Shown here piece after piece: positions 37,720-50,460 of a DNA stretch of 64,000 bases. The stretch lies in contig CM082577.2 of assembly GCA_040954595.2 (NCBI GenBank), positions 15,941,903 through 16,005,902 on the forward strand, read 5' to 3'. The DNA is from Balanoglossus misakiensis. Taxonomy: Eukaryota; Animalia; Hemichordata. Under the pieces are notes generated by a model, which saw nothing but the letters and a program-made list of their open reading frames with translations, ran no database searches and was not told the DNA's origin. Positions within the stretch are counted from its first letter, which is position 1. The number at the start of each line of letters is the position of its first letter. The translations under genes were made by a program, and so were the position numbers.

Positions 37720-40068
37720 AGACATGGATCCAGAGGAATGTGGAGCACGCCAGGGTGGCTGGCAGTTGGAAAAGGCGGCGCGTGAAGACCGTTGCAGTGC
37801 CCTGAACCGGACCTGGAAAGGGACAGCGGCCGGGGGACTTTGTGAGAGACAAGCAGGCTGACCAACACCCTGGGTCCCCTTGGTGCTGTCCTACCATCTT
37901 TTGGAGGAAGCGGAGAATTTAAAAAAAAGGTCAGTACGCGATGGCAATAGCGAAAGACCGGTGGGGTTGGGTCCGTGCACAAATTTCTGGGCTTTCCGCG
38001 GCAGTGGGTGGATGCCAATCTGCCCCACCACAGTAGAGTAAAAAAGAAGTGGCCCGACCCCAAGCCAAAGCGTAAATCTGCACCAGTGTCCGACAGGCCG
38101 GCTGACGGAATGTATCTGGACTTCCGGCTGCAGGACCCTAAGATTGTGGAGTCGTGGCAGCGGGATTCCAGAAACCTGGAAACCCCGCAGGGGACAGCTG
38201 CATCTGCAGCATCACCGACAGGACTTCCGGTTGGGCCCTGCATCCCTTGGATGTTGCCGGTCATGAGGCCAGCTGGAATGCCGGAGGCTGTGAAGCCGAA
38301 GCCGGCTGCTCGCAAGAAGAAAAGGGGTAAGAAGAAGCGCAATCAAGCCGCGTCCCTTACTGAGCGGATTCCCCCGGTGGCCCGCACCGCAACTTTGGTT
38401 GGGGTCGCTGCCCCTCGAGGGAAAGCCACTCTAGGGAGGGTCCCCTCTGAGACCCGTGCCACAATTTCGATTGGGTTAGTGGTCCCTCGGGAGGAGTACG
38501 CTCCAGGGGACATCAGCGTCGGGGCAGGGGCGGGTGCTATTGCAGCACTGTACACTAAGAAGCGGCGTTCGTAGTGCCCGCCCTGAATCCGGAAAGCGCC
38601 GTGCGACACCACAGGCCGTTCCTTCTGAACCTCACGCCTCTTGCTTGAAGCCCGTTGGCTTTGAATCAAGCGCGGCCGAGGGAACGCAGTCGGATCGTTC
38701 TCGGTTTCCCATACCAGAGTGCCGTGCGCAAACCGGGAGACTGCGCGCACATGTTCTAAGATAACACATCCCAGCGGCACTTCAGGGTGATTGCCCCCTG
38801 TCGGCCGATGTGGCGTATCGGGCTCTCTGTTCGCTGCATGGGTGGATAGTGGGCGGTCATTCTGAGACACCGGCGAGTGATCTTCTTTTTTTCGGACGGC
38901 ATGGACTTCGTCCCCAGTAGAGCACTGATTGGTGAAGAGTACGCTACAGCGATGAGGCAACTTTGCGCGGATTTGGGGGTGGGAGATCACTAGGTACTTT
39001 GGGCTCCATCCCCCGAATTTGCTGGTTGTCCTCATTCACTGGAGAATAATGCTGGTCTTGCTGGGTTTTCTCTCGCCTCCCCAGAGGGCGGAGTTTAAGT
39101 CTTTTTTTTCGTTGGGCTGGAGCCTGTTGGGAAGGTGATGGACTCGCCCTCGGGTGTTGTAGGGGGAGGCCCAGCTGAGGCGCAACCTCAGCCAATGGCT
39201 ACTCCGTCGGAAAGCAAATGCGCTTCAGACGGCCAACACACTTTAGACACTGAGGAGTACCATATCGACGCCTTTGGGGCAATAAGTTTCATGGGATTGC
39301 TTCATCGGAGGTGGGCAGAGAATCCCTCCCGAATACCACACAGCATGCATGACTCGCACCCTATTTATCTCTGCCCCCAGTGCACCCAATAAGACTAACG
39401 TGTTCTTTTTTTCTGCCCACAGACCTAGTCCAACTAATTATGCCGAAACCCTTACCCAAGTTGACAATTGAGGACGTCTGGAGGGCCACTCAGGCGCGTC
39501 GTCTTCTAGGCCCCCGGGAAGTGATCCACGGAATCATGATGGCCCCAAAAAGAAAAGCCCAAGAGGTACTCTTGGACCAATACTCCCTGGCGAAATCCAA
39601 GGGAAAGTGGGGATTGATTTTCGAAATACAGAGAGAGACGGATGTCATATTCCCTATACCGTGGATTGTTGCAAACATGCCGCATATTAACCCAGCGAAG
39701 AATCACCAACCCCCATGCCCCAAAAACGCGATGGCGATGCCGGTTGAATATGCTGAGCGTGGGATGTGTAAGGACATCCGTCTATTAACTCAGACAGATC
39801 TACCCGTCCGACGCACCATAGAGAGTGGCAACGCAACCCAGGAGATTGTGTCCGGTGGGTGGAGTTCTCCCAGTTCGTCGGATCTGCAGCCCAGCTCGGC
39901 GGAGCCAGGGTTCTCCTCTGGTTCTCCGAAGCGGGGACAGGACCTGGCAGAGCGGGGAGTGAACTCCAGGCCCCAAGGAAGAGAAGTGTCCATGGTTATA
40001 CGCCAGTCTGAGGAGAGGGAGATGGAGGAACTGTCCCTATTGCCGTATGAGCTTGGTGAAAACTTCAA
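37720..40068 (+). other. GC-rich unclassified repeated element with ORFans (copy 1)
   Basis: Abrupt GC rise, basic Pro-rich ORFs, splice acceptors; 39365-40067 nearly identical to 49117-49799. Confidence 0.6.
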
Positions 40069-40186
40069 CTGATGGAAAAGAGGTGACAGGTAGAGACATT
40101 GTTTTGTATTATATATACTGTGATGCAAAGACCCCATTTTTTGCAACGACTGTATTAACATTTACAAATATATTGCATTTTTTCAG

Positions 40187-40326
40187 GCACTGCTGTAATT
40201 GCTGGGCTGACAAATGATGTCAACGTGGTGGGAATTGACACCAATGAAAGATGTATCTCTCACTGCAAAGTGAGATGTCAATCTCTTCTTGGACTAACAG
40301 ATGCAGAAGATCTGGAGTTTGATTGA
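40187..40326 (+). pseudogene. Terminal exon of an amino-MTase-like gene
   Basis: ttttcag| phase 1: (G)TAVIAGLTNDVNVVGIDTNERCISHCKVRCQSLL..*, matching GTTxxAAxxxGRxxIGIExxxxYxxxAxxR; preceded by a phase-1 donor ..ACA G|gtagag at 40089. Confidence 0.6.
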
Positions 40327-40577
40327 TGAGGGTTTTCATAAGATGCTCATACAGTACACTAATACAGTCCTGTATGTTTGAGCTAATATTATGAATTTTC
40401 TGTTTTTATGCATTTTCTCTGTCTTTTTCCACATATTTTGAACAAATCTTGATTTCTGAAAGTGAAAAGCTGATTTCTTAAGTTTCCTATAGGTGGTCTG
40501 AGTTACCATGGTTTTGTTCAAATTGTTGCAAAATGTGCATTTTTATAATTTTTGCAATTTTTGTCAAAATCGTTTTC

Positions 40578-41978
40578 GTGTGTCCCTTGCAAGAAATTTC
40601 TGACGTCTGTGGGTGTGTCCCTTGCAAGAAATTTCTGACATCTGTGGGTGTGTCCCTTGCAAGAAATTTCTGACGTCTGTGGGTGTGTCCCTTGCAAGAA
40701 ATTTCTGACATCTGTGGGTGTGTCCCTTGCAAGAAATGACATTGGTGGGTGTGTCCCTTGCAAGAAATTTCTGACATCTGTGGGTGTGTCCCTTGCAAGA
40801 AATGACATTGGTGGGTGTGTCCCTTGCAAGAAATTTCTGACATCTGTGGGTGTGTCCCTTGCAAGAAATGACATTGGTGGGTGTGTCCCTTGCAAGAAAT
40901 TTCTGACATCTGTGGGTGTGTACCTTGCAAGAAATTTCTGACATCTGTGGGTGTGTCCCTTGCAAGAAATTTCTGACATCTGTGGGTGTGTCCCTTGCAA
41001 GAAATGACATTGGTGGGTGTGTCCCTTGCAAGAAATTTCTGACATTTGTGGGTGTGTCCCTTGCAAGAAATTTCTGACATCTGTGGGTGTGTCCCTTGCA
41101 AGAAATTTCTGACATCTGTGGGTGTGTCCCTTGCAAGAAATGACATTGGTGGGTGTGTCCCTTGCAAGAAATTTCTGACATCTGTGGGTGTGTCCCTTGC
41201 AAGAAATGACATTGGTGGGTGTGTCCCTTGCAAGAAATTTCTGACATCTGTGGGTGTGTCCCTTGCAAGAAATGACATTGGTGGGTGTGTCCCTTGCAAG
41301 AAATTTCTGACATCTGTGGGTGTGTCCCTTGCAAGAAATGACATTGGTGGGTGTGTCCCTTGCAAGAAATTTCTGACATCTGTGGGTGTGTCCCTTGCAA
41401 GAAATGACATTGGTGGGTGTGTCCCTTGCAAGAAATTTCTGACATCTGTGGGTGTGTCCCTTGCAAGAAATTTCTGACATCTGTGGGTGTGTCCCTTGCA
41501 AGAAATGACATTGGTGGGTGTGTCCCTTGCAAGAAATTTCTGACATCTGTGGGTGTGTCCCTTGCAAGAAATTTCTGACATTTGTGGGTGTGTCCCTTGC
41601 AAGAAATGACATTGGTGGGTGTGTCCCTTGCAAGAAATTTCTGACGTCTGTGGGTGTGTCCCTTGCAAGAAATTTCTGACATCTGTGGGTGTGTCCCTTG
41701 CAAGAAATTTCTGACATCTGTGGGTGTGTCCCTTGCAAGAAATTTCTGACATCTGTGGGTGTGTCCCTTGCAAGAAATTTCTGACATCTGTGGGTGTGTC
41801 CCTTGCAAGAAATGACATTGGTGGGTGTGTCCATTGCAAGAAATTTCTGACATCTGTGGGTGTGTCCCTTGCAAGAAATTTCTGACATCTGTGGGTGTGT
41901 CCCTTGCAAGAAATTTCTGACATCTGTGGGTGTGTCCCTTGCAAGAAATGACATTGATGGGTGTGTCCATTGCAAGAA
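40578..41978. repeat. Two-variant minisatellite (28 x 35 bp and 13 x 31 bp)
   Basis: A = gtgtgtcccttgcaagaaatttctgacatctgtgg; B = gtgtgtcccttgcaagaaatgacattggtgg. Confidence 0.97.
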
Positions 41979-42528
41979 CTTTCTTAACTTGTATGAGATC
42001 TTAATTTTAATGAGCATAAACAAAATTTGTTTGTGACAATATCTGTAAATCAACTTTGTAATTTTTATCAGTGCTTTTTATGCAACAATAATGGGCGTAT
42101 CTGTATAAAACTCTTTATGTGTAAGAATAAAAACAAAATTATTGGTTTAAAAACCAATAATTGTGATTTTTTCATTGTTAATTTTTCTATGATGGACTAT
42201 AGATATCCCAATTTCTTTGAATTTTTTTATTTTTTTATTTTAGACAAGTTGGTAATCAGTTTTACAATAATAATTTGTGAAAATGTTTACACCAATCATA
42301 GACAGTCTATGCACCAATGATCAATGTGTTTTTTTTCACCATACTCGTTTTCTTAAATACATGAAAGTAGATATTTCCTCAAAAATATCGGCGATGGAAT
42401 ATGCAAAGGCAACTAAAGAAAAGATTACTGAGTAAAAACTAAACATCTTCATAATTTAACTGCTATTTTAACTTTATTTCAATGAAGTTTCCTGAAATTT
42501 TTGGTTTTCGGTTATTAGGAAATTGTTT

Positions 42529-42948
42529 TCGCCCGGAGACCAGGCGTCGATCTAGAATACAACGCCCGGGGACAGTCGAGCAATTTCCTGCTGAGCTGAA
42601 AGATAGTAGCCCTGGCAACAATCAGGGTCGCTTAGTAACGAATGGATAACGACTGATCTATCAAATGTTGACGGGCGCCAGTTGTTGGATGATATAATTA
42701 ACAAAGCTTGGTTATGAATATTCATACACCTTCAAAACCACTCCCACATCCCGTCGCGGGAATTTCACACATGACTCCACCTCTATTTCCTTATTTAGAA
42801 TGCGATGATGTCATTTGGTTTACATTGAGTGACCAATTAGCTTACACACAAGATTTACCACCCGTGTCGTTCTGCGCACAGAATTCTGTGCGTAAATAGA
42901 GACTGTCCTCGGGCGTTTCTTTTCCCCGACGCCCTGGTCTCCGGGCTA
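42529..42948. mobile_element. Second copy of the MITE at 19416-19850
   Basis: Near-identical internal sequence and TIRs (gcccggagacca / tggtctccgggcta). Confidence 0.9.
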
Positions 42949-43272
42949 TCTCCGCAGATACTTGGACTTAACCCGAATAACCTAAGGTTTTCCAAATTTC
43001 CATAACGGCCGGGTTATACTGGGGAGAGGTTGATAAGTTTGTACAGGACTTAGAAACACTAAGTGACCTATTATCACTGCATTGATTACCCGATACAGGT
43101 GGTCGGCGATTTGTTGAAATCCAAAGTATTATGGGATTCAGAAAACCTATCTTTTCATTTGCATAAAACTATAGCCAATCATGACCGCCCTGCAGGTGGT
43201 TTGCACTTTTCTATATACTTCCTTGCAGTGTACATCTATTCACGATCCTTACTGCCGTTCGGTGAAGCACGA

Positions 43273-45161
43273 AATGAGTTCTACGGGTCCATTCAAAATT
43301 GCCAAGCTTGCATCGTCGAATCATTAATTTAAAAAAACTTGGCCGCAAAACAAGAGACATTGTTCAACAGTTCGCAGAAGAAGAAAACATTTTAGTAAGT
43401 CAACAAGCTGTCAACGCTGTCATTAGAAAGTTTAAGCGAAATGGTACCATCCATGATCTGCCACGATCTGGGTGTCCGAAGAAGTTCAGTAATCAACACC
43501 TTGACTTCATAGATAAGCAGATGTACGAAAATAGCGAACTTACAGCATCAGAACTAAGTCGACTTTTTAGCGTTCAGTACCCAGGATTCAGCATCTCCGT
43601 GACGTCTGTTAAGCGTTTGCGAAGAAGACTGCTTTGGAGACTGGAGCGCACACGGTACGCCCAGATGGTGAGATTGGCGAACAGACCTATTCGTCTTGAG
43701 TGGGCGCTAAGGATGCTGGCTAGCAATGAAAACTTTGACGATGTCATCTTCATAGACGAAAGTAAGGTCGAGATTCAACAGTATACCACGATGTCATTTC
43801 ATAAGGTTGGCGAACCTCTTGTAAGGCGTCCAAAGGTGAAGCATCCATTTTCGGTAAGTTCAACCCATTGCTTCAGTGTAACATTTCACGGGACAATACC
43901 GATTATTTCTTTAAAGTTACATTCAGTAAATACCACAACCGTAGTCTCAATAAACTTTATTACGGGATTAGTATACTCTGTATGTTGGGACCGTCGATGT
44001 GTGTAGTTTTTTATTTTGCTTTATCCGATTAAATTTTGTATAACAGGTGTTGGTATGGGCGGGAATATCAACAAGAGGAGCAACCCGAATTGCTATATTC
44101 AACGGAGTAATGGATAGTGTCAGGTACCAGGAGATACTAGGAGGGTTCTTGCTTCCCTTTATCCAGACCAGCTTCCCGAACTCCCATAGACTTTTACAGG
44201 ACAATGACCCCAAACACGTAAGTCGGTCTACCAAAGCCTGGTTTGAGGACAATGGCGTTAACCACTGGATATCGCCTGCCGAGTCACCGGTAAGTCAGCT
44301 TTTCTCATGCGAGAACCTAGTCCCTCAACGACTCCCCCCCCCCCCCAGCTAGCCTTTGCTACATGTAGTTGGAGACTCGAACAAATGCTCAATCGGTAGT
44401 AATAAAAAAAACGAAAGTCTTTCTATTTGGGCGAATTTGGAGGCTTGTGCATATTACGTGGAACTGGGAGTATTCAGAGTGAGCATTACACTAAACGCAT
44501 ATTATTTTTGTGCGCATTTTTTCGGAAGGAAATATTGGCGTCCGTTAGTTAGAGGAGCGCTATTTTGTCAGCGAAATGGCTTCAGTTATTGTCCGTCCCT
44601 TCCAACCGAATTGCAACAGAGTTATCTGTGCCCACGCACAGAATGAAATCGTAAAATGTTGCGTAATAGAACCAACCGGTCAACCATCACGTCCCTATTA
44701 ATAGAACCAGACAGTCTCGGCGAACATGAGGCAAGGGCCCGATTTGCAAGCCCAACTGAAACTAATTTTCCGATCTCATGGACGCTCCAATTTCGAAGAA
44801 TCTTATCGTATTAAAAGATGATCCGAATAGCACGCTGACAGTGTACATTGTAATCAATATCGCATTTCTTTTCTTCAAACTTGGCTTCTCTAAATGCTTT
44901 AGAATACATCAAAATTCACAGTTCTATTAACTGATATATTTTTTTGCGAATTAGGATCTAAATCCTATCGAGAACATCTGGGGAACCATGAAAAGATATT
45001 TGCGGAAGAAAGTAAAGCCGTCTACTAAAGAAGAACTTGTTGCCGGTATACAAGAATACTGGAATACTGTGACACCCGAAGTTTGTAATAGATATATCAA
45101 CCACTTGTACAAAGTTATGCCAGTGGTTGTCGCTCGAGGGGGCAAGGCTTCAGGATTTTAG
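43273..45161 (+). mobile_element. Tc1-family DD34E transposase gene with two spliceosomal introns
   Basis: Exons ~43273-43853, 44047-44289 and 44955-45161 join in frame: HTH (DLPRSGCPKK), IFIDESK, VWAGIS, QDNDPKH-x-SP|DLNPIENIW (34 residues between D and E); apparent 5' frameshift; TIRs not found. Confidence 0.92.
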
Positions 45162-46433
45162 ATCCCTGTGAAACTTGTAAAAGTGCTGCAGAACACCAGT
45201 TTTCAGCATAGTTTAGTGTCTGCCTCATATATTTGTAAAATATCACAATTTAGTATTTATTGTTTAATAGTCACACTTCACACGTATTCTTTGTTTAAAT
45301 TAAACTTTCAAAAACAAAATAAAACCCGGCTGTAAAACAATATATTGTTTAATTAACATGTGTTCTCCTGGATTGAAAGGCGGTCCTTGTGTAAATGATT
45401 TAGTAAAATAAGTGCATTAAGATTTGTCATCTATTTACTGTAAACTAATGAAATGAGAATGATCACAAATTTTGCCGTGTTGTTTTATTCATTACAAAGT
45501 TTGAGTTTCTGATTACTTCAAGTGTCTTGGTCGTGCATTCACCCTGTAATGTAATCCCATACTTTGTGTCTGCTTCAACATAACAAAATGTTGCAATTTG
45601 TTTTACATCCCGTTGTGTCGGCTTGATAACTTGAACTGGGTGCCCTGTTCATTAAAAACAACGTCCCAGTGGACTTATACGAAATATATCGCTGTTTCGC
45701 CTGCTCAAGAAAAGGACTCTATTGAAATTGCTCTGTTACAAAGTCATGAGTTTGAAGGTACCGGTAAATGTTTCCCATCCATTCCCACAGACTGTCTAAT
45801 AGTAAACATGTCTGGTAATCTTACCTTGTCGGGTATTATGTTCTGATCTGCACTGCTCAGTAAGGTTTCATCCCACAGGTTGGTCCAAGCTCCCCCCAAA
45901 TAATCATACATTGTAGCTGAGTGGACGCCCGTTAAACTTGATAGAAATATATAATTTTTACTGTTGGGAGTTACATTTATGTCTCTTGAAGCTGACCAGT
46001 TAATACAGTTATATTGTACAGCAGCAGAACTAAGCATAAAAATGAAGTATGTATTTCACCACTCTACACATATAAAAAGTTCACAGTGATAAAAAACACC
46101 TTTGGTGGGTAATGTTGTGGTCCTCCTAGTCACTCTGTACTCCCTCACCTATCACCCACATTGAAAATGAAAACAATGACAGGCCTGCAGGGTGTCAATG
46201 AGGTCACACTCACCACTGGAACCCATTAAGAAATGGACAAGCACCCAAACACGTTTAGGCACAACCTTTTGTTTGCTTCATTGTTGCAAAAACGCATTCC
46301 ATTCACACTTCTCAATGAAACTTATTGTTGTGCTTTTGAGCTGGCTCTGGGCTAGTGCAGGCAAAACGCACAGACTACAACTGTGCCTCCACTGGGTCAC
46401 AAAATCAGAAGGAGACTCTTGGGCCGTACTGTA

Positions 46434-47172
46434 CATCAACATTCATCAACAGGCATCAACGCTATCAACACACATCAACAGCCATCAACAGGCATCAACG
46501 CTATCAACACACATCAACAGCCATCAACGCTATGAACACACATCAACAGATCAACAGGCATCAACGCTATCAACACACATCAACAGCCATCAACGCTATC
46601 AACACACATCAACAGCCATCAACAGGCATCAACGCTATCAACACACATCAACACACATCAACTGCCATCAACGCTATCAACACACATCAACAAACATCAA
46701 CAGGCATCAACGCTATCAACACACATCAACAGTCATCAACAGGCATCAACGCTATCAACACACATCAACAGGCATCAACGCTATCAACACACATCAACTG
46801 CCATCAACGCTATCAACACACATCAACAGGCATCAACGCTATCAACACACATCAACAGGCATCAACGCTATCAACACACATCAACAGCCATCAACGCTAT
46901 CAACACACATCAACAGCCATCAACAGGCATCAACGCTATCAACACACATCAACAGCCATCAACACACATCAACAGGCATCAACAGGCATCAACGCTATCA
47001 ACACACATCAACAGCCATCAACAGCCATCAACGCTATCAACAAACATCAACAGCCATCAACAGGCATCAACGCTATCAACACACATCAACAGCCATCAAC
47101 AGGCATCAACACTATCAACACACATCAACACACATCAACAGGCATCAACGCTATCAACAGCCATCAACGCTA
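46434..47172. repeat. Variant tandem repeat built on an ATCAAC core
   Basis: 9-10-bp units aggcatcaac, gctatcaac, acacatcaac and agccatcaac. Confidence 0.95.
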
Positions 47173-47174
47173 TC

Positions 47175-47489
47175 CGTGAGGATTTGTGCGACCAGCTTAT
47201 TTGCGGTAGGTCGTTCAGTAAACAGCCAGGTCGACGTCCATCAGCACCTCTTCTGATGAAAGGTTTGACAGAACCAGAGAGCATGCACCTGAAAGGAAAG
47301 AAACCACCTCTACATGCAAAGTACATTTGCAAAGGAAAGACACAACATATGCCTGCAGAGCCTGTGGAGTGAGGATGTGCCCTGATCCCTGCTTCTACCG
47401 ATACCACTACATGAGAGACTACCAGTTTGATGATGAACAACTACAGGGACGGGAACCCGCACGAAAAAGAAGAAGTCTGAGGAATTAAA
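47175..47489 (+). pseudogene. piggyBac transposase C-terminal Cys-rich domain remnant
   Basis: TCKVHLQRKDTTYACRACGVRMCPDPCFYRYH. Confidence 0.75.
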
Positions 47490-47589
47490 GACTTGAAACT
47501 GCAAAGATAAATGTCATCAGAGAAAGTGACTTGTGTTTGTATTGGAGGACAAAAAGACAGTTTAGTTGAATTGATACTTTTATGAATTT

Positions 47590-48300
47590 GGCGCCGTCTT
47601 AGGCTGGACGCAATCATTTTGACGAGTTTCTGCCCAGGTTACAGCGCCTACAATAAGATTGAGTGTGGCTAGGCAACTTTAGCGAAAAAAAACTCTTAGG
47701 GGTCATACTAAGTGACAAGCTGCCTGGAGATTCATCATCACCGTTTGCCAAAAGAAACTCTGAAACAGAAGAGGAAAGACACGCGAAGGAGGCTGAAGTT
47801 TTCAACAATGCCATATAAGCCCTCAACTGCTACTGGAACAATGTAGAGCACCAAAGATTCCCAGTGTTTTCCACCTCAGTAAAGTGCTCTGTGACGACTA
47901 CAAGAGTGTCCATCGCCAAGTCCAACAATCGGGAGCTAAAGAGCTACGAAAGGAAGAAAACACAGACGTGGTCCACGAACTATGTTTCATGTTTCGGCAC
48001 ATAGAAAAACGCATCGGAAGAGTTATTGTTGCAAAATGTACAGCCAGTTCTTGCACACATTGCACATCACACCCACTTCAGACAACCGAGGTGGTCCAGG
48101 GAGATGGCATTCCAGCCCCTGTATCAAGCCAAACTCACGATGGGCACTTCGCTAAATTTTTGGAAGCCCTTGAATTACCAAGACAACCATTTATCAATGA
48201 ACACATGCTGAGGTATAGAGAGCAAGGGCTGGGTTGCTGTCAGCACTGAGTCACATCGAGTACAGAGAAGACGCGCCACAATCAACTGTTCCACCCTTTA
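47590..48300 (+). pseudogene. DDE transposase C-terminal remnant (Zator/ITm-like)
   Basis: SFCPGYSAYNKIE..LGVILSDKLPG..EVFNNA..W, resembling the SxxNPIE catalytic-E motif; Cys-rich tail. Confidence 0.45.
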
Positions 48301-49116
48301 TGATTGTCGATTGTTTGAAATGATAGTTATCTGTATAATATTTGTATACATTCCACACTTGTACTACGCGAATATGGCCCAGGGCTATTCGTTTTCCAGT
48401 GATATATTTTAAATAAATGTATAGCCACGTTGTCTACGAAATAAATAATATATTTACCATTTTGTTTGAAGTTCAAGAAGACGACAACAGTGATACCCTG
48501 TGATAATATGAATAAGGTAGGTAGAAATTTATTTAGAATATATCTGTGGAATACATATAATCATGTTCAAAATGTCATAAAGCAAACATAATTCTGCTCC
48601 AAAAATTGTACTAGTTATACATTCTGTAAACTATCAACAGTCAATTTGTGACAGTCTAAAAACGTACCACTACCACAGTAAGAATGTACTGCACAAAATA
48701 GCTATAAAATTGGCAGAAAACATAAACAAATTACTCTTCCATTGTAGTTCTGTAATCATTGATGGGAAATACATGGACTGTCAGGCTGACCCAACTACAA
48801 AACAGGTCACAACCATGTCTTACAGAAATAAGGTAATCATATGAGCTTATTGCTATGTATTTTGGACTTGCCTAAAACAATATTATTGGAATACCTTACT
48901 AAATTCAATATCAATACACCTGCATTTATAGCACAAATTGAATTGTATACAGTACAGTATACTACAGGGAAGCTAAACGAAATCCTTCACACTCAGCAGC
49001 CACTGATTGAGCTGAAAGACTTTCTCTTAGTGGACCAGTCTGAGTCAGCTCCAAGTGAAGAAAAGACCAACCAGTCAGCCAGCTTGGCTTGGTAGGCTTA
49101 GAATAGCCCAGGAGAT

Positions 49117-50460
49117 TATTTCTGTCCCCAGTGCACCCAATAAAACTAACATGTTCTTTTTTTTCTGCCCACAGACCTAGTCCAACTAATTATGCCGAAA
49201 CCCTTACCCAAGTTGACAATTGAGGACGTCCGGAGGGCCACTCAGGCGCGTCGTCTTCTAGGCCCCCGGGAAGTGATCCACGGAATCATGATGGCCCCAA
49301 AAAGAAAAGCCCAAGAGGTACTCTTGGACCAATACTCCCTGGCGAAATCCAAGGGAAACTGGGGATTGATTTTCGAAATACAGAGAGAGACGGATGTCAT
49401 ATTCCCTATACCGTGGATTGTTGCAAACATGCCGCATATTAACCCAGCGAAGAATCACCAACCCCCATGCCCCAAAAACGCGATGGCGATGCCGGTTGAA
49501 TATGCTGAGCGTGGGATGTGTAAGGACATCTCTACCCGTCCGGTGCACCATAGAGAGTGGCAACGCAACCCAAGAGATTGTGTCCGGTGGGTGGAGTTCT
49601 CCCAGTTCATCGGATCCGCAGCCCAGCTCGGCGGAGCCAGGGTTCTCCTCTGGTTCTCCGAAGTGGGGACAGGACCTGGCAGAGCGGGGAGTGAACTCCA
49701 GGCCCCAAGGAAGAGAAGTGTCCATGGTTATACGCCAGTCTGAGGAGAGGGAGATTGAGGAACTGTCCCTATTGCCGTATGAGCTTGGTGAAAACTTCAG
49801 CACTGAAGCGCGGTATCTCATCATCCGCACCATCACCCACAGTGAATTCAGGCAGACAACGGAAAGCCCAGGTGTTGAACCGGGACATCTGACTCGCACT
49901 GCGTCCGCGACAGCCACTATCAGGCGCAGGAGGCGGAGAAGCCACTTGAGCAGGCGTTGGAGATCCGCGGACACTCATAATGGCTGAAGGAACACGTCTA
50001 CAAACACCATTTACCCCCTACATGCGGGGAGGCACCCACAATATCGACCTAGACGCCATAGTCGGTTTGCTAACCCAGCTCCTTGAGGGCGCTGAGCAGC
50101 CAATCGTCGCCCTGTTTCACTATTTCCTGAAAAATGGCCTTGCGTGACTCTCGGTGACAGCGGGGATTCTACCGGAGGGTGAGGAGGTAATGAGGAGACT
50201 GTGCCATCGGATGGAGTGGGAAGTGCCCCAGAGAATAGGTTTATCACCATCCAGCGGTGTTGACCCATTGGAGATCGCTCCTCACTCTCCTGTTGGACCT
50301 GTCGCCGGAAAATAGGGAGATCGTCAAGAAGTGGCCCAGAGGAAGACAGCCCCAAGAAAGGACCGGAAGCCCAGAGACAAGACGACCCAGTGCGGTGTCT
50401 ACCCCAGGCTATAGACGCCCACTTCCACCAAGATCGGATGAGCGGACCGCAGATTGATAC
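49117..50460 (+). other. GC-rich unclassified repeated element (copy 2, extends further 3')
   Basis: Duplicate of 39365-40067; bracketed by a ~125-bp direct repeat (48822-48947, 50786-50912). Confidence 0.6.

Noticed and set aside
15008-40186. A single MTase gene with a 25-kb intron
   Set aside because: The terminal exon has its own nearby phase-1 donor at 40089, so two paralogs is more parsimonious; not excluded.
40578-41978. CRISPR-like array (constant palindromic repeat plus variable part)
   Set aside because: Only two recurring short variants, no unique spacers, no cas genes, eukaryotic context.
40487-42053. 468-511 aa ORFs in three minus frames
   Set aside because: Produced by a stop-free minisatellite; all frames give the same permuted peptide.
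46192-47256. 354 aa and 274 aa His/Gln/Thr-rich ORFs
   Set aside because: Translations of a T-poor simple repeat.
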